NCBI GenBank assembly: GCA_951406725.2 | Contig: OX597827.1 | Coordinates: 24,242,001 to 24,306,000 of the forward strand | Reading direction: 5' to 3' | Length of the DNA stretch: 64,000 nt | DNA from: Octopus vulgaris | Taxonomy: Eukaryota | Position numbers and translations under genes: made by a program | Shown: positions 12,966-24,950 of the stretch, in pieces | How the letters are laid out: every line of letters starts with the position of its first letter | Position numbering within the stretch: position 1 is the stretch's first letter | Notes under the pieces: generated by a model | Databases searched by the model: none | What the model saw: only the letters and a program-made list of their open reading frames with translations | Told to the model about the DNA's origin: nothing

Positions 12966-13043
12966 TCTGATTTACTGGAAATTGAAAATAATTTACTGTC
13001 TGGACCTCCAAAACAAATTGAACCACCAAAGTCACTTCTTCAG
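12966..13043 (+). CDS. SLU7: SLU7 internal exon (variable region)
   Basis: SDLLEIENNLLSGPPKQIEPPKSLLQ; 78 nt, phase 0/0, ctcag/gtaatt, pyrimidine tract upstream. Confidence 0.8.
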
Positions 13044-13654
13044 GTAATTTTCTTATATTTGTCTGATTGTTTTAATTTAAAAAAAATATTGCTATGAAAA
13101 TAGTAAAAAAAAGCAAAAAACTTTGGTGCAACTGTAGCCATATAATTGAGGGGCCTGCTTAGCTATCATGTAATTATGGGTTCAGTCCTACTGCGTGGCT
13201 CCTTGGGCAAGTGTCTTCTATGATAGTCCCACCACCAACTAATGTCTTGTGATTGAGTTTGAGAAGCAGACACTATGTAGAAGCCTATTGTGTGCATGTA
13301 TGTTTGTATACCTGTATATCTATCTGTCTATCTATCAGAAAAAAAGAACACCAACAAAGAAGCCAATTTGCCGAAAAGTCCTTTGCAATAATTGTTCTTT
13401 CCTAAGTTGTAGACACTCCCTTGTTACTCTCTCCATCAAAAGTGCATGGGCCAGTAATTAGCCTTCTAAATACCTGTCACTTGTGATGCTGTTGTTCACC
13501 ATTTGCAACATAAAAGCTAAAAAAATAAAGACCCAAAAATACAGAATTTGATTTTGTTGAAATATTAAATCTGATTATGTTTAATTATTGTTTGTTTTTA
13601 ATTATTTCTGTGTTCATCTTTTGAAGTCCATCGATGTATGGAACTGATCAAACC

Positions 13655-13980
13655 AAACCGGCACTCCGTCGGTTGTGACAAGGTGTTCCAGTTAATCGGA
13701 TCAATAGAACAGCCTGCTCATGAGAATTAAAGTGCAAATGACTGAGTACTCCACAGACACATGTACCCTTAATGTAGTTCTCAAGGAGATTCAGCACGAC
13801 ACGAAATGAGGCAAAGCTAGCCCTTTGATTTATAGGTACAATTCATTTTTACCAGCTGAGTGGTCTGGAAAAATGTGAAATAAAGTGTCTTGTTCAAGGG
13901 CGCAGTGGATTGCCAGGAATTGAACTGACAACCTTCTGATTGTGAGCCGAATGCACTAACCACTAAGCCACATGTCTTCA
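13655..13980 (-). mobile_element. tRNA-derived SINE (family C); copies at 24258-24590 (+) and ~44440-44600 (-)
   Basis: tRNA-like head gtggcttagtggttagtgcattcggctcacaatc ... cccttgaacaagacactttatttcac. Confidence 0.7.
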
Positions 13981-14017
13981 CATTGAATGGATAATGTCGT
14001 TCAAACATCAGGAGGTT

Positions 14018-14357
14018 GGAGTAAAGATTGTTTGCCAACATAACATGGCAGTCCTGGTTTAGGTTGAATGTTTCTGTAATTTAGCCCCAGGGGACATCGC
14101 CTCCAGCTGGCTATACAATACGATCTATGCCCTTATGTTTTGAGCTGAGTGGGGGTGCTAGATTCCTTTGTTCGATAATATAAGGACACAGATCGTGTCG
14201 TATAGCCAGCTGGAGACAATGTCTCCTGGGGCTAAAATTACAGCAACATTCATCCTAAACCAGGACTGCCATGTTGTGTTGGCTAACAATCTTTACGCCA
14301 AAGTACTGTTGCTGGATATCTCTCGTTGTGAGATTTTAAAATAGTAAATTTCTAATG
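14018..14357 (+). mobile_element. Palindromic copy 3 of the 300/12286 family (lacks the ribozyme segment)
   Basis: 14018-14135 is inverted relative to ~14180-14300; ends in aaaatagtaaatttctaa. Confidence 0.7.
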
Positions 14358-14497
14358 AGGAGGTTGTTGAATATCGTTTGTTTACTCTTCATTGAGAAGT
14401 GTTCTTTATTTTAATTTTCAAAATTGTCCACATTCGTTGTAGAATAATAAATTTTTCTTTCTCCTGTTCCTCCTCTCCACCTGTCTGGTTTTTTTAG

Positions 14498-14770
14498 CAA
14501 CATCAAGAAAGAAGAGCAAAAGAGAAAAACAGCAAACATCCCAAGACAAAATCCTCAAAGAAGAACTCAAGCCACAAGAAGGAAAGAAAGTCTAAGAAAA
14601 GTAGTAGTAGTAGTAGCAGCAGTAGTAGTGGTAGTAGCAGCAGTGGTAGCAGTAGTAGTGACAGCAGTAGCAGTAGCAGTGACAGCAGCAGCAGCAGCAG
14701 TGACAGTAGCAGTGATAGCAGTTCAAGTTCTGAAGATGAAGAAGAGAAAAAGAAGAAACGTATGGCTAAG
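14498..14770 (+). CDS. SLU7: SLU7 Lys/Ser-rich exon
   Basis: QHQERRAKEKNSKHPK...KKSSSS...SEDEEEKKKKRMAK; 273 nt open, tttag/gtaagt. Confidence 0.9.
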
Positions 14771-17009
14771 GTAAGTCTGTGAGTCTTTAATAAAACTGAA
14801 CAAAATAAACGAGCAAAAACGGCATCATCATCATTTAACGTCTGCTTTCCATGCTGGCATGGGTTGGACGGTTTGACTGAGGTCTAGAGAGCCAGCAGCT
14901 GCAGCAGGCTCCAATCTGATCTAGTAATGTTTCTACAGCTGGAAGCCCTTCCTAACGCCAACCTCTCTGAGAGTGGGGTGAGTGCTTTTTACATCCCACT
15001 GGCACAGGAGCCGGTCAGGCAGTGCTGGCATCGATCACTTTCGGAGAGTGCTTTTTATGTGCCACTGGTACGGGAGTCAGTCAAGTGGCACTAGCATTGG
15101 CCGTGTTTGGATGATGCTTTTTACGTGCCACTGGCACGAGAGCCAGTCAGACGGCCCTGGCATTGCACAGTTTTGTTGCTAGACGCAGGCATGGCAGTGT
15201 GGTTAAAAGATTTGCTTCTCAGCCTTGTAGTTCCTGGTTCAGTCTCACTGCACAGCCCCTTGGGCAAGTATCTTCTACTATAGCCTCGGGCTGACCAGAT
15301 CTATATAACCACTCATCTGGCTCGCATCCCCTTCCCTCAGTTCCACTCCCTCTCCCAGCTGAGGGGCTCTTTGCCTTGCAAGTTACTTGGTGACCGTGTC
15401 AGTGTTGGTGCCACATAAAAAGCACCTAGTACACTCTGTAAAGTGGTTGGTGTCAGGAAGCACACCCAGCTGTAGAAACCATGCCAAAACAGACAATTGG
15501 AGCCTGGTTCAGCTCTCCAGCCTTGCCAGCCTCTATCGAGCCATCTTATCCATGCTAATATGGAAGACATGTTAAAAGCTGATAATATAATATAATCTTT
15601 ATAGTTGTTGTTTTCATCTCCTCTCCCCATCAATTTTGCTATTAATGTTTTAGTGTAACTGGGTTACATAATTTCCTGATTTAAACTAGCTGTATCTGGT
15701 TCAAATTATGTAGCCTAGAGATTTCGATGATGTGACTGTTTATATTTAGAATGACATTGTAGGATAGGTATGAGGTGTCAGATCTGGTTGGTTTGAACAT
15801 AAATTCTGATGTGGTTGACTTTGCTTTTTATCCTTTTGAGATCAGTAAATTAAGTACCAGTGGAATACTGAGGTCAATGTAATCGACTTGTCCTCTCCCC
15901 CAGAATTTCAGGCCTTGTGCCTTTAGTAGAAAGGATTTCTCTTTAAGTGCCAAGCTGACAGAATCGTTAGTATGCCAGGCAAATGGCTAATGACATTTTG
16001 TCTGTTTTTACATTCTGAATTTAAATTCCACTGAGGTTAACTTTGCTTTTCATCCTTTCGGGGTCAATGAAATAAGTACCAGTGGAACGCTGGGGATTGA
16101 TGGGATCGACTTACCTCCTCCCCCAAAACTGCTGAGTTTGTGCCAAAATTTGAAACCAATATAAAGAAACCTCTGAGGCAAATAGCCATAAAGCTGGTTG
16201 TCACTATGGGGAAACCCCTTGCACAAACAGCTATACACCAGGCTGTCTGTACAGAGAAACCCCTCAGGCAAATAACTATAAACTTTCATGTTATAAAGAT
16301 ATGGATGGAAAGAAGAAAAAACCAAAAGAGTCCCTTAACCCTTTTGATACCAACCAATCTGAGATCACCCTTACTTTTATGATATAAGCTTTATGCTTGA
16401 AATGGTTCTCAACTGGGATCCATATAAGATTTCTAGGGGCCCATGCAACAAAATAGTAAATTTGCTTTAGATGTATGTATTGGTGTGTATCGCAAGAAAC
16501 AGCTGGGTTTCTTTCTCTAACATTTTATATAATTCAACCAACACAAGTCAATGTGAGAAAAACAAAATAGGGATTTTGAAAGAAAGTTCTAGAAAACTAG
16601 TTTTTAAACAGCGAATGGTTATGGGGGTCCACCAGAATAAAATAGTAATCAAAGGGTCCATAGATAACAAATGTTTGAGAACCCCTACTTTAAAGTGATC
16701 TCAGTCAAAACTTTCCATCAAAATTCCTTGTTAATTCAAGTTCCAAGCACCAGCTTTAATAATGACAAAATCATTTTACTAAATTCTTTGTTAGTTTCAA
16801 AATTAATTATCAAAATTAATTGGTACGAATGCAGTGTTTTCTAACAGTAATATAGTAGCAAAGGGGTCAAATTTATCCCTCAAGTTCACTAATAATCCTT
16901 ATTTCTAATCTCTTTAGTCTCCCTAATTGAAAAATATTCTTAGAGTAAAAACTTTTTTCTTTGAAATTGGTGAAGTGTGAAGACTGTTTTAACTTTGTTC
17001 TCTCTGTAG

Positions 17010-17186
17010 GCGCTCAAGGCTGAAGAGGAACATCAACGATGGGCTGACAACTACCTTAAAATGGATGAGCGTAAACGTCCTTACAACAGTATGTATGAAT
17101 CAAAAGCTCCGACAGAAGAAGAAATGGAGGCTTATCGCATCAAACAATTCCGATTGGATGATCCAATGGCTCACTTTGATGACTGA
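17010..17186 (+). CDS. SLU7: SLU7 terminal coding exon
   Basis: ALKAEEE...[41 protein letters not shown] matches the SLU7 C-terminus; tgtag acceptor, TGA at 17184-17186. Confidence 0.96.
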   Translation, partial: ALKAEEEHQRWADNYLKMDERKRPYNSMYESKAPTEEEMEAYRIKQFRLDDPMAHFDD

Positions 17187-17339
17187 TAGTTTTGGTGCAA
17201 ATTCCATCAACAATTTATGCAATTTTTATTTTTGTTTATATGTAATATTTCCAAATATATCTTTGTTATTTACAAAAATTTTTTCAATTATCCCCCCCCC
17301 CCAACCACCATTACATGCTTCTGTATAAACTTGTACCCA

Positions 17340-17345
17340 ATTAAA
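17340..17345 (+). terminator. Candidate poly(A) signal (ATTAAA) for SLU7
   Basis: ATTAAA about 150 nt after the stop, followed by a T-rich tract. Confidence 0.45.
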
Positions 17346-17569
17346 ACCTCTTCGTTTATTTTTATTCTAATCAGTATTTTTCAATATAGCTAAGTGTCCA
17401 TTACTGCCATCATCATCGTCATTGTCATCATCATCACTACCATAATCCTTATCAAATATTAATGAATCAGAATTAATGAGAAATTCTGCCTCTACACAAT
17501 TGCTCGACCTTCATGAAATAGCAACGAAATCACCCCCACCTCCTTCTCTCCGAGAAGGATGGATATTCT

Positions 17570-17960
17570 TTTATTCGTTTCAGTCATTTTGACTGCAGCC
17601 ATGCTGGAGCACCACCTTTAGTCGAGCAAATCGACCCCAGGACTTATTCTTTGTAAGCCTAGTACTTATTCTATCAGTCTCTTTAGCCAAACCGCTAGGT
17701 TATGGGGGGGGGGGGGTAAACACAGCAGCATCAATGTCAAGCGATGTTGGGGTACACACACACAAACATATACACACACATACATACATATATATAAACG
17801 ACGGGCTTCTTTCAGTTTCCGTCTACAAAATCCACTGATAAGGCTTTGGTGGGCCTGAGGCTATAGAAGACACTTGCCCAACGTGCCATGCAGTGGGACT
17901 GAACCCCAAACCATGTGGTTGGTTAACAAGCTACTTACCACACAGCCATTCCTGTGTCTA
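17570..17960 (-). mobile_element. tRNA-derived SINE family A; further copies at ~19130-19490 (-), 35205-35590 (+), 39430-39845 (-), 42050-42490 (-)
   Basis: Head with A box (tggctgtgtgg) and B box (ggttcagtccc), CORE-like ttgggcaagtgtcttct, internal CA/TA tract. Confidence 0.8.
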
Positions 17961-18849
17961 TGAATATGAATATATTGAATTTTTTTATCTTCTATCTTCA
18001 AAATCAAACCAACAATAACATAAACAAAACAAAACAAAAAAAAATAAAATAAAAAGAGACCCAGAATGTTTAAAAGATAAATTGAGGATGTAACCCTGCC
18101 ATCAAATTGTGCATTTAAAATGTCAATGTAGCCAAGTAATCAAGCTATCTACTTTCAGACTGGAGCATTTATGTCCAAAGTTCAAATGCAGTGCTCACCT
18201 GACATTTTTTTATCAGAAAACACACCTTTTTTTTTTGTGAGATGAGTCATCACCATCATCATCATCTGCATTGTTTTAACATCCACTTTTCCATGCTTGC
18301 ATGGGTCAGATAAAATTCATTGAGGCAGGTTTTCTTAGACCAGATGCCTTTCCTGTCAGCCAAGCTGCACCTGTTTGCAATTAAAATAATATTCCTGAAA
18401 TTTTGGTGGGAGGTAACTAGTTGATTGCATCAACCCCTGTGTTTTACTGGTGCTTGATTTATTGACCCCGAAAGAATAAAAGGCAAAGTAGACCTCGACG
18501 GGATTTGAACTCAGAACATAAAGACAGATGAAATACCGTTAAGCATTTTGCCCAGTGTGCTGACGATTCTGCCAGCTCTCGCTGCCTTTGTAAATAGCAA
18601 TGTGAAATAAATCACATTGGTCCCAGTATTTGACTTGTTTTATTGATCCCTGCCTTCCAGGAAAGATAAAAGAGAAAGTTGACTGAAAAGAGCCTTGAAT
18701 TCTCTGTAACTGGTCAAATTATTTAACCAAGCATTTCAGAGAATGAAAAAAAATCAATGCTGCAAACAGCTGTTTGAGCATTCTGAATTCCCATAAGAAA
18801 ACAGATGATACAGGCAAATCCCCAGAAATATTTCCTAGACTAAGTGACC

Positions 18850-19120
18850 TTATTATGCGATATGCCACTACATCATGACAAGGAAATCAAGGCTAATTAA
18901 CCAGATATTGTTATCAAGCAGTGGAAATGCTTCCTAACTGATAAAATTATTCTCACTGGATGATAATGTAGTTTCTCAAAGACATGGAGAAATTATCCTA
19001 ATATAAAGATCTGGAAACAGAAATATTGGGGATTAAAAAGAATAAAAACAATCTCTGTAATGGTAAGTGCTTTGGGAATTATTTAAAAAAAAAAACCAAA
19101 ATGCAGACAAATACATAACA
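18850..19120 (+). pseudogene. Highly decayed R4/Dong RLE fragment
   Basis: DKEIKAN*PDIVIK...VSALGII remnants. Confidence 0.45.
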
Positions 19121-19920
19121 AGTATCTTATATCTTTTACGTGTTTCAGTCATTTGACTGGCCATTCTGGGGCATTACCCTGAAGAGCTTTTAGTCGAATG
19201 GATTGGCCCTAGTACTTATTCTATCAGTCTCATTTGTTGAACTGCTAAGTTACAGGGACATAGACCAACACTGGTTGTCAAGCAGTGGTAGAGGACAAAC
19301 AATGACACACACATTGATATCTATGATAGGCTTCTTTCAGTTTCCATCTACCAATTCAACTCACAAGGTGTCAGTCGGCCTGAAACTATAGCAGAAGACA
19401 TTTGCCCATCGTGTCATGCAGTGGGACTGAACACGGAACCTTGTGGTTGAGAAGCAAGCTTCTTACCACACAGCCATGAGCTGCACCTATGCATATCATC
19501 GTTTAACGTCCGTTTTCCATGCTGGCATGGGTTGGACGGTTTGACTGGTGACTGGCGAGACAGGAGGCTGCACCCGGCTCCAATCTGATCTGGCAATGTT
19601 TCTACAGCTGAATGCCTTTACTAACGCCAACCACTTTGAGAGTATAGTGGGTGCTTTTTATGTGCCACCAGAGCCAGTCAGGCGGCACTGGCATCGGCCA
19701 CATTCACATGGTGCTTTTTACGTGCCACTTATACAGGAGCCTTTCGAGACCAGCAGCATTCAGAAAATAGCACAGCTAGGCACCATACGCTGTATGCTAT
19801 CAAGAATACTGTCAAGGCACTAAAAACAACAAAACCAACTGAAAACAATGCACAATACTCAAGGCAAACAGCTGTGAATGTGTACAAGAAAAAGAAGGTA
19901 ACAACAACAATAATAATAAT

Positions 19921-21235
19921 GGTCCTTTCTACTCTAGGCACAAGGCCTGAAATATTTTGGGGGAGGGGATGATTTGATTACATCAACCCCAGTATGCAAC
20001 TGGTACTTAATTTATCAACCCTGAAAGGATGAAAGGTAATGTCAACCTTGGCAGAATTTGAACTCAGAACATAGTGGCAGACAAAATACCGCTCAGCATT
20101 TTGCCCGGCCTGCTAACAATTCTGCCAGCTTGCCACCTTAATAATAACAATAATAATACTAATAATAATGGTAACAATCCTTTCTATTTTAGGCACAAGG
20201 CCTGAAATTTTTGCAGAGCGGGGCTGGTTGATTAGATTGACCCCAGTATGCAACTGGTACGTAATTTATCAACCCTGAAAGGTAAAGTCAACCTTGGTGG
20301 AATTTGAACTCAGAATGTAGTGGCACACGAAATACTACTAAGCAATTTACCTAGCATCCTAACGATTCTGCCACCCCACCACCTTAATAATAATAATAAT
20401 AATATTAATAAGCGTTTCTAATCTAGGCACAAAGCTTGAAACGTTTGGGTAAGGGGCTAGTCTATTAGATTGACCCCAGTACACAGCTGGTACTTAACTT
20501 ATCAACCCTGAAAGGATGAACGGCAAACTCGACCTCAGCGGAATTTGAACTCAGAACATAGCAGCAGATGAAATACCGCTAAGCATTTTGCCTAGCATGC
20601 TAACGATTCTGCTAGCTTGCCACCTTCTCAATAATAATAATAATAATAATAATAATGGTTTCAAATTTTGGTACAAGGCCAGCAATTTCGGGGAGAGGGT
20701 AAGTTGATTACATCAACCCCAGTGTTCAACTGGTAATTATTTCATTGACCTCGAAAGGATGAAAAGCAAAGTGGACCTCAGTGGAATTTGAACTCAGAAC
20801 GTAAAACTGGACAAAATTTGCCCCATGTGCTAACGATTCTGCCAGCTCACCGCCTTAATAATAATAATAATAATAATTCTTGCTATAAACACAAGGCCTG
20901 AAATTTAGTCACGGGGTAGTCAATTACATCAACCTCAGTACTCAGCTGGTACTTAATGTATCAACTTAGAAAGGAATGAAAGGCTAAGTCAACCTCGGCT
21001 GAATTTGAACTCAGAACGTAATGATGGACAAAATACTGTTAAGAATTTTGACTGTGGTGCTAATGATTCTGCCAGCAGGTTTGGGAAGTGTTTTACTGGT
21101 ACTTAATTTATCAATCCCAGAAAGATGAGAGGCAAAGTGGACCTCAGTGGAATTTGAACGTAGAATGTAAAGATGGACAAAATTTCCCAAAGCCTTTCGC
21201 CCGGCATGCTAATTGTTCTGCCAGCTTGTCACCTT

Positions 21236-21266
<31 letters not shown>

Positions 21267-22951
21267 GTTTAACGTCCATTTTCCATGCTAGCACGGGTTG
21301 GACGGTTCGACCGGGGTCTGGGAAGCCAGGGGCTGCACCAGGCTCCAGTCTGATCTGGCAGAGTTTCTACAGCTGGATGCCCTTCCTAACGCCAACTACT
21401 TCGCGAGTGTAGTGGGTGCTCTTTACGTGCCACCTGCACAGGTGCCAGCAGGGTCCGGCATCGGCCACGATCGGTTGGTGCTTTTAACATGCCACCGGCA
21501 TGGAAGCCAGCCAAGGTGGCGCTGGCAACGGCCACGTTGGATGGTGCTTTTTTATGTGCCACCGGCACATGTATCACAACTACTATTTCCATTGATATTT
21601 ATTTCGATGCTCATATACTTGACTCAACAGGTCTCCTCAAGCACAGCGGGATGTTCTGGAATCCAAGGTACTTTGAATGAGCAGGGGCTATGCGGAACTG
21701 GTGCAGGAAGCAGCCCGGGTCTTTGCAGTCACAGCATATATCCAGAGATCTTGGTCCTTCGCCATTGCCTCAGTGAGGCCCAACGCTCTGAGGTCATACT
21801 TGACTACCTCATCCCATGTCTTCCTTGGTCTACCTCTCCCCCTGATACCTTCAACCGTTTGGGAGTGGCACTTCTTCACACATCTCTCCTCATCCATCTA
21901 CAGTACATGACCATACCATCGCAAGCGTCGCTCTTGCACACCACATCTGATGCTTCTTATGTCCAGCATTTCTCTTAGGGTGCTTACACTCTGTCGTGCG
22001 TGCACACTGACATTACACATCCAGCGGATCATGCTAGCTTCATTCCTTTCAAGTCTACGCATGTCCTCTGCAGTCACAGCCCATGTTTCACTACCGTGAA
22101 GCATGGCAGTTCGCACACATGCGTCATACAATCTACCTTTCACTCTGAGTGAGAGACCCTTTGTCACCAGTAGGGGTAGGAGCTTTCTGAACTTTGCCCA
22201 GGCTATTCGTATTCTAGTGGTGACACTCTGAGCATCCACCTTATAATAATAATAATAATAATAAACCTTTATGCTATAGGCACAAGGCATGGAATTTGTG
22301 GGCTGGGGGATAGTCAATAACATCGACCTTAGTGCTTCATTGGTTCTTAATTTATTGACCATGAACGGATGAAAGGCAAAGTTGACCTCAGCAGAATTTG
22401 AACTCAGAATGTGAAGACATATGAAATGATGTTAAGTATGTTGCCTGGCATGTTAACAGTTCTGCTAGATTGCCACCTTGATAATAATAATATTAATAAT
22501 CCTTTCTACTAAAAGCACAAGGCCTGAAATTTGGGGGGGAAAGGACTACTTGATTACATCGACCCCAGTGCGTAACCGGTACTTAATTTGTCAACCCCAA
22601 AAGAATGAAAGGCAAAGTCGACCTCAGCAGAATTTAAACTCAGAATGCAGCGATGGGTGAAATACAGCTAAGCATTTCATCCAACGTTCTAATGATTCCG
22701 CCAGCTTGCTGCCTTGATGATGATAATAATAATAATAACCCATTCTACTGTAGATAAGGTCTGAAATCATTGGGGAGGGGACTAGTTGATTACATCGACC
22801 CCAGTGTTTTACTGGTACTTAGTTTATTGACCCTGAAAGGATGAAAGGAAAAGTTGACCTCAGTGGAATAGGAACTCAGAATGCAGCGATGGGTGAACTA
22901 CTGCTAAGCATTTCGTCTAGTGTGCTAACGATTCTGCCAGCTCGCTGCCTT
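19921..22951 (-). repeat. Head-to-tail array of ~9 tRNA-derived SINEs (family B, ~200-220 bp) separated by (AAT)n
   Basis: Units at ~19921, 20178, 20412, 20655, 20877, 21080 (partial), 22266, 22500, 22738; each has ggaatttgaactcagaa...ctgccagct, with a Nin/Deu-like catcctttc-ggggtcgat core on the minus strand. Confidence 0.85.
21238..22240 (-). mobile_element. 5'-truncated RTE-clade LINE
   Basis: RIRIAWAKFRKLLPLL...YDACVRTAMLHGSETW...RRLRWYGHVL...GRGRPRKTW; (GAT)n tail. Confidence 0.9.
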
Positions 22952-22983
22952 GTTAATACTGATAATAATAATAATAATAATAA

Positions 22984-23238
22984 ACAGAAACAATTCCTAT
23001 CATAGTAGGTGCATTAGGTATGATAAAAAATATTCAGACAAATACATAACAAAAACACCAGGACTTAGAAACATATATAACATACAGAAAATTGCACTAC
23101 TGGGCACTGCACACATCCTACGCAAAACACTTTCAATACAGTAAAAATAAGAGCACCACAACAAATCACAACACATACCCAAGGCACACAGAGCTGCGCT
23201 CGGTAGTGAAGTGAAAGCACGCTGTAAAAATAAAACTA

Positions 23239-23242
<4 letters not shown>
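22984..23242 (+). mobile_element. R4/Dong-type retrotransposon 3' end inserted in (TAA)n
   Basis: IGALGMIKKYSDKYITKTPGLRNIYNIQKIALLGTAHILRKTLSIQ*; (TAA)n on both sides. Confidence 0.8.
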
Positions 23243-23279
<37 letters not shown>

Positions 23280-24699
23280 ATGTGCTGTATGTAGAGCTTC
23301 CACAGAAGGTTTGTCTCTTAGGGACAGGAAAAGTTATCAAGGGGGTCTGAAACACTTGAAAGACTACTGAAAGCTTGTGGATATCTAAGGTTACATGTAG
23401 TAACTTGCTAACTACACAAGTTGCACTGGGAATAAGAACAAACCTGAGTCAAATCAATAACATCAACAATAATAATACAAGTGGTGAGTGGCAGGGGTAG
23501 AGACGAAATATTTTTGTTTTTTACTCGCTGAGTGCAGAGGGAGGGACAGAACCCATGATCTTTGCAGGATCCCCAAGATTGGAGCAGTTGATGTCATTCA
23601 TCCATAAAGCACTGGGATTTGCACTTACAGAGCATGGACTGCTAAGCACATTTTACGAAAATGACACTACCATGCACACATAAAAAAACAAATAGTTAAA
23701 ATATCTTCTTAGTATAATATAATGGTAGCAAGTTTTACATCATCTGGAAAGTCATTAGTTGAACTATTAGTCCTCTTGCATTCTGGTGGGTATCAGAGCG
23801 TTTGAATGTCATTAGACCCCAACAAATGCCCATAAATTAAATGCATCTACCTGGAACACGATCGTGGCCTGTCAACCCCTGCTTGACGGCCATGATTGTG
23901 GCCCGTCATGCTTTTCGTGTTAATGTTTGTCTTGAATCCTTCCTGCAAGTCAACACTCACAAGCAAGGTATGAGCTGGGAAGAGGCGATTCCAGTGGGGG
24001 AATATGTTCTGGGGAGGGAGGACTAGATTAGTGCAGGGGCCATGGAGTTTGGGTGTAGCAAAAGTGATGAGTGGGGTAGAGGTATGAGAGTAGCCAGCTG
24101 TGAGGAGCAGAGGCCATTATAGTAGAAAAGACAGTGAGAAGAGACAACATGGCTGTTGGGCAGAGGCTGAAATGTGTCTGTTCAGTGGTTGTGTACTTGT
24201 TAGTCAAATGGCCCTTCGTTGGGTGTCAGTGAGCATAGCTGCACTAGCACCATTTAGTGAAGGTGCGTTGCTGTGGTTAGTGTATTCGACTCACAATTGT
24301 AAGGTCGTGGTTTTGATTTCCTACGGCACGTTGTCTCCTTGAGCAAGACTCTTTATTTCACATTGCTCCTGTCCACTCAACTGGCAAAAACGATTTGTAC
24401 CTGTAATTCAAAGGGGGCCTGCCTGCCTTGTCACATTCCCGTTTCATGCTGAATCTAACCTGACATCATTACGGGTACGCTGTACGTGTATCTGTGGAGT
24501 GGTCAGCCACTTGCGTGTTAATTTCACAAGCATGCGATGCCGCTGACCGGATCAACTGGACACAGTCACTGTCGTTAGCGACGGAGTACCAGTTACAGTT
24601 ACTACGACATATGCACCACACAATAACTTTATCAATAAATAATACTAACATTTCAATCAATATTTAGCAAACAATTTCACGACCATGCAACAAAAAGTT

Positions 24700-24915
24700 G
24701 TGTTGCTATGTTTTGTATGCTTATACGTGTCAAAACAGACGTGAATTTTGTTTCTGTTTGCAAATCGCTTCGCCGCCTCTTCCCTCTCACCATTAGTCGC
24801 GAGGTCGCCTCGCCCCATCTCATCGTAAGCTCAGATCATTTCAACGGGGTGGAGACTTCGCTAAACAAACCTTGATCAATTTTTATATCCTGCTTTAGTT
24901 TGTATTACCAGAGTC
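24700..24915 (+). promoter_or_regulatory. Putative NAGK promoter/5'UTR
   Basis: Locally CpG-rich non-repeat stretch (cgcttcgccgcc, tcgcgaggtcgcctcgcc) directly upstream of the NAGK ATG, in an otherwise CpG-poor window. Confidence 0.5.
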
Positions 24916-24950
24916 ATGTCTGAAAATGTATATTTCGCTGGAATCGAGGG
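24916..24950 (+). CDS. NAGK: N-acetyl-D-glucosamine kinase, exon 1
   Basis: MSENVYFAGIEG(G), the start of the phosphate-1 loop; gtaagt donor. Confidence 0.9.

Noticed and set aside
21298-21978. Recurrent GCTRLQSDLA...LQLDALPNANH ORFs (also at 37351, 59458, 3839)
   Set aside because: They are antisense translations of the RTE 3'UTR
19921-22951. CRISPR-like repeat/spacer appearance
   Set aside because: The units are ~200-bp eukaryotic SINEs with microsatellite spacers; there are no cas genes and no unique spacers
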